DNA of 64,000 nt from Ruditapes philippinarum (GCF_026571515.1 NW_026865921.1:1-64000), one strand, 5' to 3'; numbered from the stretch's first letter, positions 1 through 13,300 are shown. Notes: a model not told the origin generated them from the letters alone. Translations and numbers: made by a program.

Positions 1-352
1 AAAAATTAGCGGATGTAAAAGTCTCCCCGTACATTTAATCAATGATGTTATATTTTCGATCCTTGAAGATCGTTCAGCACGACATTACTGTTGTGTATAC
101 ATGTTATGTGGTATTTTTATTTTTGTTTCTTCTATTTGGCCTTTTCAACTTGGGTGGTTCCAGTATTCTAACACCATCCACAATATCACATAATGACAAT
201 TCTCAACATTTGACATAGCTCTTAGTCTGTCCAACTTTTAAGAAAGTCAGATAGCTTCAATAAAATGAAAAATATGAAATAAAAAAAAACACATGGACTC
301 ACGCTGTTTCGATCGGACACGTAGACATTACAAAACTGTAGTTTTCCACTCT

Positions 353-630
353 GTATATAATAAACCGGTATATACAACGAAGTTTATATAATATACGGGT
401 ATATAACACCAATTTATATAATTGCCGCTACATACAGCTAAGTTTATATGTTATACCAGTATTTACAACAAAGTTTATATAATATTCCGGTATATGCAAC
501 CAAGTCTATAAAATATACCAGTATATAAAACCAAGTTTATATAATATACATGTAAATACAACCAGGTTTTCATAATATGCTGATAAATAGAAACAAGTTT
601 ATATAATATACCGTTATATACAACCAACTT
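353..630. repeat. Degenerate 31-bp minisatellite, ~9 units
   Basis: Recurrent unit AAGTTTATATAATATACCRGTATATACAACC. Confidence 0.85.
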
Positions 631-721
631 TAACAATTCCCTCGACATAAATTGTGTCATAATCTTCAAGTTGAAGGGTCCTTTGGTTTGCCAACAATAT
701 ATTTGTCTACTTTTAATATTT

Positions 722-948
722 GAGCCGTGTCATGACAAAACCAACATAGTGCGTTTGCGACCAGCATGGATCCAGACCAGCCCGCGCAGTCTGATCAGGA
801 TCCATGCTGTTCGCTTACAAACCCTATAGCAAGAAGAGAAACTGATAGCGAACAGCATGGATCCTGATCAGACTGCGCGGATGCGCAGGCTGGTCTGGAT
901 CCATGCTGGTCGCAAACCCATTATGTTGGTTTTGTCGTGACACGGCTC
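722..948. mobile_element. Palindromic MITE (family A), GAGCC...GGCTC termini, 4-bp TSD ATTT
   Basis: Long inverted arms (GAGCCG.GTCATGACAAAACCAACAT...GCGACCAGCATGGATCCAGACCAG). ATTT on both sides. Ten copies in the window. Confidence 0.9.
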
Positions 949-985
949 ATTTCTCTTCACATATTGTCTAATGATTTTTTTGTTA

Positions 986-2011
986 TTATTCACGATTCCT
1001 GCAGCTACAAAGCAGTTGCTTTAAGTCTTGCTTGAAATCTTTGGATGCTAGTGAGTAGAGTAAGAAACTAAAAGCGTTATTTAAGAAGAGAAGAAAGTCC
1101 GATACAGCGACAAAGATTAAAGCACTTCTTAACCCAAGGTTGAGGTAAATATAGCCAGTGCTTAATAGCGAGAGAACCATAAATGGGATAACACAAACAC
1201 AGTGGAAACATCCTGTAACTATACTTAAGCGCGTGAATTTTGTCAAACGTCTTCTGCTACTGCTTACAATAGGTGATTTCCTAGAAAGAAATATGATATA
1301 AAAAAAACTTTTTCCCCCCTTTTATTTTTTTAAAAAAACCCCAAAATTTTAAAAAAAATCCCAACAAAGGACAAAAATTTCAGAGATTGTCAAATTGTAT
1401 CCCCTTGAGTTAAAGTAAAAAAGCTACATAAAAAAAGATGAATCAGCAGGTTCTTTCCCCAGCAAGAAAAAATGAAAAGTGAAAAAAAGGGGCAAATTTC
1501 GCCTTTTTTGCCACCCCCTTTTGTTTTGGGAATTTTTAAGGGAAAAAACAAATACTCAACGTTTTTTTCCCGCCCCAGTTTAAAAAAACAATGATCCGGG
1601 TTTTGAGAGCTAAAGGGGTTTTTAAAATTTTGTCGAATTTCTAAATAATTGCATTTAAAAAGGCTGGTGATGCTGAAAAAGATAAAAAAGTACTTTGTCC
1701 CAAAAAGGAAAATGTTTGAGTAAGTGATTATCCATCCATGGATTATAGACCACATGTTCAGTTAATTTATATAGCATACAAAAACTGTCAGATGCTGATA
1801 AAAATATAAAGTACATTGAACATGCTAGCTTTCTTGTATTTTGTCCTTTGATCCAAACAGTTAGAGAGATTAAATTTCCAAAAAGTCCTACAGCAAATAC
1901 ACATATTTCAATAAAGAACCTCACCTTCTTTATGTTTTCAAAAAATAAATCTCTATCATCCGGGTCTGCTAGATATAAATCATCATCATCTCCCATGTTT
2001 GAAATGTTCAT
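986..2011 (-). CDS. Class A (rhodopsin-like) GPCR, FMRFamide/peptide-receptor-like; single exon; central ~1280-1720 frameshifted or garbled
   Basis: N-terminal part has TM1 GLFGNLISL and TM2 FLSASD. C-terminal part has TM6, TM7 LNNAFSFLLY and helix 8 SKDFKQDLKQLLC. The 1026-bp span (~342 codons) fits a full 7TM receptor. Confidence 0.75.
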
Positions 2012-2749
2012 TTTATAAATTTTAGTACAACACTATTAATAAAATGAATATATATTCCGATGTTTAAATAATTTCTCTATATAAGGTCTGAATAGCAGAT
2101 TATTCGTCAGACCTTTATATTAGATCAAAAACGTATTCATTTACTGGAGTCAAAAATGCCATTTAATAGTAAAAAAGGTTAAGCTTCATACCATGGGGAG
2201 ATATTTCAACTGAAAACATTTTTTAACATTGAAATCTTTGCATATTTTTGCAAAATTTCAAATAAAAAATATCAGTACATGTATACTGTTTTTCATTTGT
2301 AGGAAGTATTATCAGATAGTATTTTAAAAAAATATTGGGAAATGGAATGAAAATATTGTTTTGCAAATGAATGTAGGTCTATAAAGCCTATGAAGTAACC
2401 GCAAGTACAAATACATATCATGCTATGTATTCGTCTAGATTGGTCTGTTTAATATGAAAAAAGGTAAAATAATAGATTTAAATGATTTGGTATGAAAATT
2501 GTTTGTCATAACAATTTTTTTTCTTTTACATTATAACTCGTTGTCTCTCTTATCAAATCAATATAATTACTATAAAAAGTTGGTATTTTTTCAGCTCGTA
2601 AAATCAACTTTGCTCTTTTGTTTACGTTGTCTACAAGTTTAAATTTGGAACAAATTTTGTGAGCTTGTACCAATCTTGTTAATATGGTAACTGAAGATAT
2701 AGAATAACATCCTTCTTTTTGAAAAGTGAGACTTAAAACTTGATGTTAC

Positions 2750-3720
2750 TTGTTTCTTTTGTCAAACTACACACGTCTTGTTTTTAGTTTCATTTGCCAG
2801 ACTACACACGTCTTGTTTTCAGTTTCTTTTGCCAGATTACACACGTCTTGTTGTCAGTTTCTTTTTACAGATAACACACGTCTTGTTTTCAGGTTCTTTT
2901 GTTAGACTACACACTTCTTGTTTTTAGAATACACACGTCTTGTTTTTAGTTTTTTTTGCCGTCAGACTGCATACGTCGTATTGTCAGTTTTTTTTTTGTA
3001 AGACTTCATTCGTTTTGTTTTCAGTTTCTTTTACTAGACTACACACGTCTTGTTTTTAGTATCTTTTTTCAGACTACCCACGTCTTGTTTTCAGTTTAGA
3101 CTGCACACGTCTTGTTTTCAGTTTCTTTTGCCAGACTGCACACGTCTTGTTTTCAGTTTCTTTTGCCAGACTGCACACGTCTTGTTTTCAGTTTCTTTTG
3201 CCTGACTGCACACGTCTTGTTTTCAGTTTCTTTTGCCAGACTGCACACGTCTTGTTTTCAGTTTCTTTTGCCAGACTGCACTTGTCTTGTTGTCGGTTCT
3301 TTTGTCAGACTTCATTCGTCTTGTTTTCAGTTTCTTTTATCAGACTGCTCAAGTGTTGGTGTTAGTTTATTTTCTTTTGTCAGATTACACGGGTCTTGCT
3401 TTCAGTTTCTTTTGTCAGACTACACACGGAATGTTTTCATCTTATTTTGTCAGACTTCATTCTTCTTGTTTGCAGTTTCGTTTGCTAGACTGCACACGTT
3501 TTGTTTTCAGTTTCTTTTATTAGAATACACACGTCTTATTTTTAGTTTCTTTTGCCAGACTACACATGTCTTGTGTTTAGTTTCTTTTGTCAGACTGTAC
3601 ACGTCTTATTTTCAATATCTTTGGTCAGACTATGCACGCATTGTTTTCAGTTTCTTTTAGCTGACCACTGACGACTTGTTTTCTGTTTCTTTTGCCAGAC
3701 TGTACACGTCTTGGTTTTAT
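2750..3720. repeat. 35-bp minisatellite, ~27 units
   Basis: Unit CAGACTGCACACGTCTTGTTTTCAGTTTCTTTTGC. Explains ORFs 3112-3660, 3147-3365 and 3233-3523. Confidence 0.92.
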
Positions 3721-4545
3721 TTTCTTTCTATTTTTTGGGCTGTGCAATATTTGTTTAAATTTTGTTTTGCCGGACTACGTACACGCTTCTTATTTATAAA
3801 TTGTTTAGTCTGAATGCATTAATCCTTGTTTAACTGATTAAAGTAATAAAATTATTTATTGCTAACACAAATTCTAACCAGCTAAATTAATGTAAAAGTA
3901 AAAGTTTCCAAAGGTTTCGCAACGTTGATAAAATAGATTTTCCAAATTGGTAATTCACTACATCGACTCGTTGTTAGTATGTTGTATGATTTTTTCCAAA
4001 ATTTGAAATTGAATCTTGTCTGATAAAACGTTAATTTGGAATCACAATAACTGTATGGTTTCTTTTACAATAATTTACTTTTATTTTTATCAATTTTCTG
4101 TTACTGACAAATACTATAACAAATCCTCAATAAAAGACAAAATATTTTTATTTTCACAATTCTCAAGCACATTTTAGGAGAACTGTCATGTTCCTCTGAC
4201 AAATGCAAAAACATTTATATATACTCACTGAAAGTTGCTTTAATAAATATGTAATAATATTTTAACAGCCTGCTAACATTTAAAACTGTGATTCATTTAT
4301 TAAATTTTTATATTTGGTATTTCCAGGGGCTCATCTGGAGGCGTGCAGCTTTAACGACACACTATTAACCATCAGAAATTGACACATTTCATCTTCTTCA
4401 GAAAGGGCAAACATGTTTTATAACATTTTGATAATGAATTTAGAGTATGATAGACGATATTCACTAATGAATGTGAAGTAATATGTCATAAAACTAGTCA
4501 TATACAAACAGAGTGGTATTTTGACTTCCATACAAACTTTTAATC

Positions 4546-4717
4546 CATATTACAAAAGAAGGGAAGTATGGTTCGTGAATACGACAAAGTAAGTAAAGGT
4601 TTGGAAACTGTAATAGTATACAAATTGCAAGAGAAGTATACATATTACAAAAGAAGGGAAGTATGGTTCGTGAATACGACAAAGTAAGTAAAGGTTTGGA
4701 AACTGTAACAGTATACA
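4546..4717. repeat. Local direct duplication, period ~95 bp
   Basis: CATATTACAAAAGAAGGGAAGTATGGTTCGTGAATACGACAAAGTAAGTAAAGGTTTGGAAACTGTAA occurs at 4546 and 4641. Confidence 0.85.
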
Positions 4718-4873
4718 AAAAGGGAAATAATTCAGAACGCATTAATCTTCTTCAAGAACTTTATAAAATATGATTTTTTTAAAACTGATGACCTATGACT
4801 ATACAGAATTTATTTTATATCCGCTAACCGTAATGTTGTTAAAGGCTCTCAACTAAGGTTTAAAAGCCTTAAA

Positions 4874-4980
4874 AACCCTATAACAAGTAGAGAAACTGAT
4901 AGCGAACAGCATGGATCCTGATCAGACTGCGCGGATGCTGGTCGCAAACCGATTATGTTGGTTTTGTCGTGACGCGGCTC
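4874..4980. mobile_element. MITE family A, right-half fragment
   Basis: AACCCTATAACAAGTAGAGAAACTGATAGCGAACAGCATGG...GACGCGGCTC matches the other copies. Confidence 0.85.
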
Positions 4981-5019
4981 CTATATGTTACTTTTTTGTG
5001 TAATGTTTTTCTTTTTTAG

Positions 5020-5490
5020 AGACTACCTACCAGAAGTTCGAATAACCAACTACCTTCTGGTTGTTAGTTTGGGATTCACGCTAATAACCAACTGAGTTCC
5101 CTGGTCGATTAATAGTGAAAGGGGCCGGGAGGGGGGGGTGTTACCATATTATATAAAGCACATATTTAGTTATATAACGGCAACAATTGTTTCAGAAAAA
5201 ATACTTTGTTTTCGGAGGAATATGTGCAATATCCGAATTACCAACTACCTTCCAGTAGGTAGTTTTGTATACAGGCGAAAACCCAACGGAGTCCCCTGAA
5301 GGACATAGGGAGACAGGGTGTTTCAATGTTGAAATGTACATCTTTCTTGCTATATACCCGTCATATATATTTATTCTGAAAAAATACTTTCTGTTTTTAT
5401 GGGTAAACAAGTAAAGTTCGAATTACCAACCTTTTTGGTAGGTAGTTGTGGATTCCCCCGAATAACCAACTGTGTGCCTTGGTCGACGTA
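5020..5490. repeat. Three degenerate direct repeats, period ~190 bp
   Basis: CGAATWACCAACTACCTTC..GTWGKTAGTT...CCAAC.G.GT.CC.TG recurs near 5037, 5233 and 5417. Confidence 0.6.
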
Positions 5491-6120
5491 GAGTGCGTGG
5501 TGATACCATTTGGTAGAATTCATCTAATCATATATCTGTTTTGTTACTTTTTTTTTGCATATTTTGAAATTTATTTGATAATTTATGTAGATTGAAAGTG
5601 TTCTTTGCAATATGTAAATTACTTTCTTTGTTCACTCGAAAATATTTTACCCTTATTTACCATTAAATTTTTAAAATTTTCATAAAAAAATAGCATGACG
5701 CTGGAGGTTTGCTGCTTTAACATACTTTTTTCACCTAATTTCCACCCATAGTATTATCTTTAACATGTGAAAATTAGATTAAAAAGACTTGTCTCAAACC
5801 ATCATTTATCATCAACAACAAGTATTGTTATCAGCTTACTTATTGTCAATATTAGAACTGCGATTCTATTTAACGAAACATGTTTCTTTTTCTTGTATGT
5901 TTTTTTATTGCCCCTCAACAGTCTTACTTATTTACTTATGTGTAAATTCCTTTATCATAACATAATATCGAGCAAGGACACGAATGTCAGCCATTGTGAA
6001 ACACTTTAGACCTAACAGCTATATTAACTATTTAGGTGTGAAAATTAAATTGCATTACTCAATTTCAAGTTTACTTACGTGATAATGTATAAAGGGATTT
6101 CTAAAATAGTTATAAATCAG

Positions 6121-6240
6121 AGCGGGCGCTATGATGCAGTGGTAACACTGTCTGACTACAAATCTAGGGGTTGCGAGTTCGATCCCCCGCTACTCCACTA
6201 AAATACTTACAATCTTTCTACTTCACTAAAATACTAACTA
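6121..6240 (+). mobile_element. tRNA-derived SINE 5' head (truncated)
   Basis: A-box-like TGATGCAGTGG and B-box GAGTTCGATCC at tRNA spacing. No complete acceptor stem. Confidence 0.65.
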
Positions 6241-7260
6241 ACTGACACACATGACACTACACTGAAACACAGGACAACATTGACACACAGGACACTACAC
6301 TGAAACACAGGACAACACTGACACACAGGACACTACACTGAAACACATGACAACACTGACACACAGGACACTACACTGAAACACAGGACAACACTACACT
6401 GACACACAGGACACTACACTGTAACACAGGACGACACTGACACACAGGACACTACACTGAAACACAGGACAACACTGACACACAGGACACTACTGTAACA
6501 CAGGACAACACTGACACACAGGACTACACGTACTAACACACAGGACTACACTGAAACACAGGACTACACTGAAACACAGGACAACACTCACACAGGACAC
6601 TACACCGAAACACGGGACAACACTGACACAGGACAACACTGACACAGAGGAGTACACTGACACACAGGATACTACTGAAACACAGGACAACACTGACACA
6701 GAGTACAACACTGACACACAGGATACTACTGAAACACAGGACTACACTGACACAGAGGACAACACTGACACACAGGATGCTACTGAAACACAGGACTACA
6801 CTGACACACAGGACACTACTGACACACAGGACTACACTGACACAGAGGACTACACTGACACACAGGACTACACTGACACACAGGATACTACTGAAACACA
6901 GGACAACACTGACACAGAGGACTACACTGACACACAGGATACTACTGACACTAGGGATACGATTGAAACAAAGAACTACACTGACACACAGACCACTTCT
7001 GTAGCACAGGACTACACTGACACACAAGACACAACTGACATTACTGAAACACAGAACACTACTGAAACACAGGACTACACTGAAACACAGGACTACACTG
7101 AAACACAGGACTACACTGAAACACAGGACTACATTGAAACACAGGACTACACTGAAACACAGGACTACACTGAAACAACACTGAAACACAGGACAACACT
7201 GAAACACAGGACACTACTGAAACACAGTACTACACTGACACGCATGACAGTACTTAAACA
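6241..7260. repeat. 18/20-bp minisatellite (ACACTGAMACACAGGACW)n
   Basis: About 1 kb of tandem units. Explains ORFs 6490-6717, 6533-7207 and 6777-7004. Confidence 0.92.
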
Positions 7261-7582
7261 CATGGCATTACTTAAACACTAATTGAATACACAGGACACT
7301 TCTCAATTACTGACACACATGACACTATTTACACACAGAAAACTACTCACACTGTCACACAGGAAGCTACTCACACAGGGCACAATTCAAAACCTGACAT
7401 GACACACATGACATTTTACTTATAAACTATATTGTTAATCACTACTTTGCTTCAAAAAGTCAACAATTTCAAGATCAATTACGCAATAAGAATGCGATCT
7501 GACATTTTCTTGGCGAGACAGTTCTGTCCTGCGTGCTTTTGTTGTTGTTTTTTTCCAAATCGATTATCATAAATATTTATTA

Positions 7583-8680
7583 TTATTTCATGCTTTCCAG
7601 TGTTTTATTGTAATATATCAGATGATTATATTCTGATAAACCACTAGTGAAATTTATAAAATATAATTTTCACTGTAGCCGGACTATATCTGAATGCGGA
7701 TGAACAGATAATCATAACTAGATGGAATAACAGGCAGAAATAAATGCCGTCATACGTAAATTTTGCTTCTTTAGGAAAAGAAAGTCCATGTCATCATACA
7801 TCATGTTAGAAATTTAACAAAATTAGAGAAATTTAACGGAACTAGATTTCAAAACTGATGATGTGACGTCATGATATTATGACGTCACAAAGGAGATGCG
7901 AGACGTTACGCGGCAAAATCAGTAAAAAAATAGCTTAAAATCACTTAAAAAGCATAAAATAAAAAGAAAATTTATTTGTTTTACATATAAGATTGAAATA
8001 TATTTCATTCGTGAACACCAGCTATTATATTTTCACTCGTGGCTACGCCACTCGTGAAAATATTGCATCTGGTGTTCACTCAGTGAAATTATATTTCAAT
8101 CTTACATGCAAAACAAACAAATATCCTCTATTTATTTCATGCTTTCCAGTGTTTTATTGTAATATATCAGATGATTATATTCTGATAAACCACTAGTGAA
8201 ATTTATAAAATATAATTTTCACTGTAGCCGGACTATATCTGAATGCGGATGAACAGATAATCATAACTAGATGGAATAACAGGCAGAAATAAATGCCGTC
8301 ATACGTAAATTTTGCTTCTTTAGGAAAAGAAAGTCCATGTCATCATACATCATGTTAGAAATTTAACAAAATTAGAGAAATTTAACGGAACTAGATTTCA
8401 AAACTGATGATGTGACGTCATGATATTATGACGTCACAAAGGAGATGCGAGACGTTACGCGGCAAAATCAGTAAAAAAATAGCTTAAAATCACTTAAAAA
8501 GCATAAAATAAAAAGAAAATTTATTTGTTTTACATATAAGATTGAAATATATTTCATTCGTGAACACCAGCTATTATATTTTCACTCGTGGCTACGCCAC
8601 TCGTGAAAATATTGCATCTGGTGTTCACTCAGTGAAATTATATTTCAATCTTACATGCAAAACAAACAAATATCCTCTAT
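7583..8680. mobile_element. Head-to-tail dimer (2 x 549 bp) of a non-autonomous element with a terminal ~150-bp hairpin (family B)
   Basis: Units 7583-8131 and 8132-8680 look identical. Hairpin centred on TTTTCACTCGTGGC-TAC-GCCACTCGTGAAAA; ends AATATCCTCTA. Related copies at 17453, 40146 and 44551. Confidence 0.8.
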
Positions 8681-8752
8681 CTATTATTATTAAAGTGAAA
8701 CATTGGGCGAGAGACGTATATGCTATAATAATGTGTGTGGCCAACATTATTT

Positions 8753-8889
8753 GAGCCACGTCACGACAAAACCAACATTATGGGTTTGCGACCAGCATGG
8801 ATCCAGACCAGCCTGCGCGGATGCGCAGGCTGGTCTGGGTCCATGCTGGTCGCAAACGCATTTTTGTTGGTTTTATTGTGACGCGGCTC
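8753..8889. mobile_element. MITE family A, internally deleted, TSD ATTT
   Basis: GAGCC...GGCTC with ATTT on both sides. Confidence 0.9.
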
Positions 8890-10138
8890 ATTTTTCTTTC
8901 CTTTTTGGTGAAATATCTAATCAACGCGCCGAACACCTCGGTACACCTGCAAACATATTTAAAGCTTCGTTCAGTTGTGAACTTCACTCTTTTATTTAAT
9001 TAACAATGTATATAATAACCTCATAAAAATAACAGTATTAAGATTAAACTTGTAATTTTCTATTATTCATAATTCTCAGTGCGACCATTCGCTGTACATG
9101 TTCTGATATAAAATGATATCAACAACAGCTGTATCTATGGAACGCCATAGCTGCCTTATGTTGTTACATTTCTTTTTATCTTGCCCAGAAAGCGTCTGTA
9201 TCTATGATAAAAGTCTCGGGTTGAGTTAAACTGATTTTATGATTTGGGTATACGTAGTATAACACTTTATGTCTAAAGGAATGTCGGAACAAGCAAGTGA
9301 AATGTGGTGAAGAAATGATACTTGTTGAAAATATGCCAAAATTAAAATGGGATTCATGTTTTCTCAGGGGGGAAATGCAAAAATACTTGCTATATAGTAT
9401 ATACCACACTCGACCTTTAGCAAAACAATATCCTGGGTAATGTCTCGTGAAAATATATACCATATTTCACGAAATACGAAAAAAATAACCTTTTTATTTA
9501 ATTTCATTATCAAAGAAAAATGGTTACGAACCCCTTGCTTGCTACGCAACTGCAATAAAGAATTACGAACCCCTTATACTTGCTACGCAACTGCAATTGT
9601 ACAGCACGCAGTAATATAATTATTGTCTTGTATTGCGTTAATGACTGGTTTAAAGATATCGGTGTTCGTCTTATTTTCTTAGTTAGACTATTTTCTATCA
9701 TTCTAGATAGTTTTCAAAACAAAATTCAACAAAAATTTGTTTTGTATTTATCAGATTTTTCAAACAAAATGGCAAAAGAAGTCCCTTAAAATAAATATGA
9801 GTTTTGACTCCGCCCACTTTCGTATTTATATTTCACATTTATTTTTAAAACATATGAAATATATTTGACTGATATAGCACCATATTTCATGGGTAAAATT
9901 AAATAATGTACAGTATATAACATTGATAACACAATTAAGCAATTGTAGCTGACTTATAAAATATGTGACGTGATAACAATTAATAAGTAAATAAATAAAT
10001 AAATTTATACGTAAATAGGAGCCTAAATAATCTGATATGGAAAATATATGGTTTATAAAGTATATAGAAATAAAAGTATAAACAAATGACAACAATGTTG
10101 TTATTCCGCGAAACTATAGCACGACAATGATTTCCGGC

Positions 10139-10177
10139 TGACGTCAAAGTTGGACGTCAGCCTGTGACTGTGTTTAC
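10139..10177 (+). promoter_or_regulatory. Candidate promoter motifs of the CFAP97D-like gene: full CRE, CRE-like site, forkhead site
   Basis: TGACGTCA 10139-10146, GGACGTCA 10152-10159, TGTTTAC 10171-10177; 130-165 bp upstream of ATG 10305. Confidence 0.4.
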
Positions 10178-10304
10178 TTTATTTTCCTTTCGTTAAATCT
10201 ACTTTTATTTATTTCTATTGAATATCTTTGTTAATATTTATTTTGAAAAGCAACTGTAAAACAGATTTATTCGGTGTGAAATAGCACCGGGGATACAGAC
10301 GAGC

Positions 10305-13300
10305 ATGCACAGGAGATATAGACCATACTCGCCTGTAACCTGTCTTCTTCTGAAACAAAGATGGGACAAAGTCGTCTTTGAAAGCAACATGAAGAAAATT
10401 CGTGCAGGTATATACTTCTTTTTCTTCCTTTAATATGTAAATTATTTATATTCGCGTATTATGCCATATAAATTCAGAGTTCGCTTGGAGTGCTTCTGAA
10501 ATCTATGTGTTCTGATACATAACCATCTTAATTATTATACACTAATCTTAACACAATTAGGTATGCAAATGTTTTCTTTGATTTTACGCATTAAAATAGC
10601 AAAATGTTATGTTAACAAAGTACATGTAGTATACAAAATACTAAATCACTATAACTGTTCCTATTTCTAAAAATCAACAGATGGAAAAATGTTCAGATAT
10701 TTGGTCAATGACTATTTTTTCTGGAAACTATATATATTAAAGTACATCAAAAATAAAGAGCTATTGAGAAATGAAAAATAACGGCATTTCTGAACCGTTA
10801 TGTGTCTTTAAAACGACTAACGTAAAACAAACATTTTGAAATATCTAATGCATTATCCGAACATTATTTCATTTTGGAACTGTATGGAACTGAAATAATG
10901 CAAAAATCTGCTGCATTTTCTCTAAAAAAACAAGTAATGTTCGCCTTTATTTTTATCTGGACCCAAGACATAGATAGCATAGATGCTGAACATATATGAG
11001 CCGCGTCACGACAAAACCAACATAATGCGTTTGCGACCAGCATGTATCAAGACAAGCCTGCGCATCCGCGCAGTCTGATCAGGATCCATGTTGTTCGCTT
11101 ACAAAACCTATAACAAGTAGTGAAACTGATAGCGAACAACATGGATCCTAATCAGACTTCGCGGATGCGCAGGCTGGTTTGGATCCATGCTGGTCGCAAA
11201 CCCATTATGTGACGCGGCTCATATTATAATCGTCCCATATATCACAGTTATCATGGCAAACATATTTTTGATTTGTTTTAGCGAAGGCTGTGATTGACAA
11301 CAGGGCTCCGATAGTTAACCACCACGTGTATATCAAACTGAAAAAACATGAGGTTAGATATTTCTTTAATGAAATATATAAGAAGTAATTCAATTTCACA
11401 TCACATAAGATCATAACAATTTTTAAGGCATCATATAATTTTCTCTCCGCAATAGTTAGGGCAAAATTGTAGGGTATACATAAAAAAATCATATCTATTA
11501 TTTCAAACAAAAGTGCTTCCGGTTTTAGAATTAATTTGCAAGTATGACTAGTAATTCACAGTCAGGTCTAATATGGTTGAAAATATAAATGCAATTTTCT
11601 CTGAAGTGAATAAAAAATAAAATAAAAAATACCGGCGTGCCAAAACACGACCATTATCAAGGCTTTGAACGAAACGAAACGAAATATTTGCATATACCGG
11701 TATAGGCAGTTTGAACAAAATAATGTGTTAGGCCCTAACATTTGATATGATGACTTTCGTAAATTCTCCTAGATTTAAAATTGAAAGAGACTCATTCAAA
11801 CGTCAGGTGAATTTCAATATATGAGCTGCGCCATGACAAAACCAACGTAGTGTGTTTGCGACCAGCATGGATCCAGACCAGCCTTCACATCCGCGCAGTC
11901 TGATCAGGATCCATGCTGTTCGCTATCAGTTTCTCTACTTGTTTTAGGGTTTGTAAGCGCACAGCATGGATCCTGCTCAGACTGCGCGGATGCGGAGACT
12001 GGTCTGGATCCATGCTGGTCGCAAACAATCTCCACGCAGTGATCTCCCCTTAATGGTCCGATATATCAGAATTTCTGATATACTATATTTTTTTCAAAAA
12101 TTGTTTTATCTACTGCTTTTATCTGCCAGATAAGTTTTTTTCTCATTTATTTAACAATGTTTATGAATAAATAAATAAATAATATGAATATTTAGAAATA
12201 ATTTTAAAAATTATGAGAATATTTTCTACCGAGACAATATTTTGATATTTTATATTTTTTAGCTTTTGAATTTATTTTTCGTTATTTTGTATACTTTTGA
12301 TAATTTTTTAATAAACTATAGCGAACGTAGGCACTAAAAGTTAAAAATAAAACAGAAGGAGAAAAATGACGTTAGATTTTCTAAGTAACAGTCGATATTT
12401 TCATTTGAATTTCGACGTTACGTCATGTGACTAGCGATTACAATTCTGCCAAGGGAGGTAATCACTGTGAGGAGTTTGGGTCGCAAACGCACTATGTTGG
12501 TTTTGTCATGGCGCGGCTCATATATCAAAATATAAGAATTCAGCTTATATACAGTATGTGTAGGCAATCCGAATCTAAGGTAATCCGAATCACATCATTT
12601 AACTTCTGTTTTGTTAATCAATAAAAACAAAATGATACGTTCCTAATGTTTCCATAGACAACAAAATAAGTTGATATAAGTTTTAAAAAATCAGCATTTG
12701 TGTGTAAGGAACTATATGTTTTGAGTGACCCAGAACTACTTGAATGACAAGTTGTTTAGATAACCTTTGTTTTAAATAAAGACTTTAATATTTTCAAATG
12801 AATATTCTGTACATAGAACTTTACTCTTTTATGTTTGTCTAATGTTTTGAAATAATCAATTAAAATTTTTTTCATGTTGATTTCTATTTTTTCTTCATCA
12901 GTATTTATTGTCAAGATTTCAAGAAAACTTATATAACTCGGATCTTGAATTATATTTCACCTTTCTGAAAATTTTACTTCATTTTTCTCAATACTGATTT
13001 TCTTAAAATATTATGGCTTATCTGGAGATGTGCAGCTTTGATCATTTATTTCGTTTGTTTTATATGCGATTAAAGTATGAGACAGAGAGGGAGAAAGTTA
13101 TCATCCGAGACAATCAAGAGTTGTATAGAAAGATGTACCATATAATGCGTACACGTGGACGGATAGATCACATAAATACCTCGCTACGCTACAGAAAAAG
13201 GTAAATTACACATAAAACTGTTGTTAAAAAATAAAATTTGATCAACGCAACATGCTCGTCAAAGGACCAAGAAGGTGTTTAATTATATGAGCCGCGTCAT

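Noticed and set aside
100-200. Short minus-strand frame ELSLCDIVDGVRILEPPKLKRPNRRNK
   Set aside because: Too short, bounded by stops, with no supporting splice partner in the window.
3112-3660. Hydrophobic Cys/Phe-rich ORFs
   Set aside because: Translations of the 35-bp minisatellite in several frames.
6490-7207. (CVSVVL)n and (THRTTL)n ORFs
   Set aside because: Translations of the 18-bp minisatellite.
8703-9003. Recurring MDPDQPA.. / [10 protein letters not shown].. ORFs (also near 13316, 28216, 44130 and 57678)
   Set aside because: All fall on MITE family A copies; they are not a gene family.
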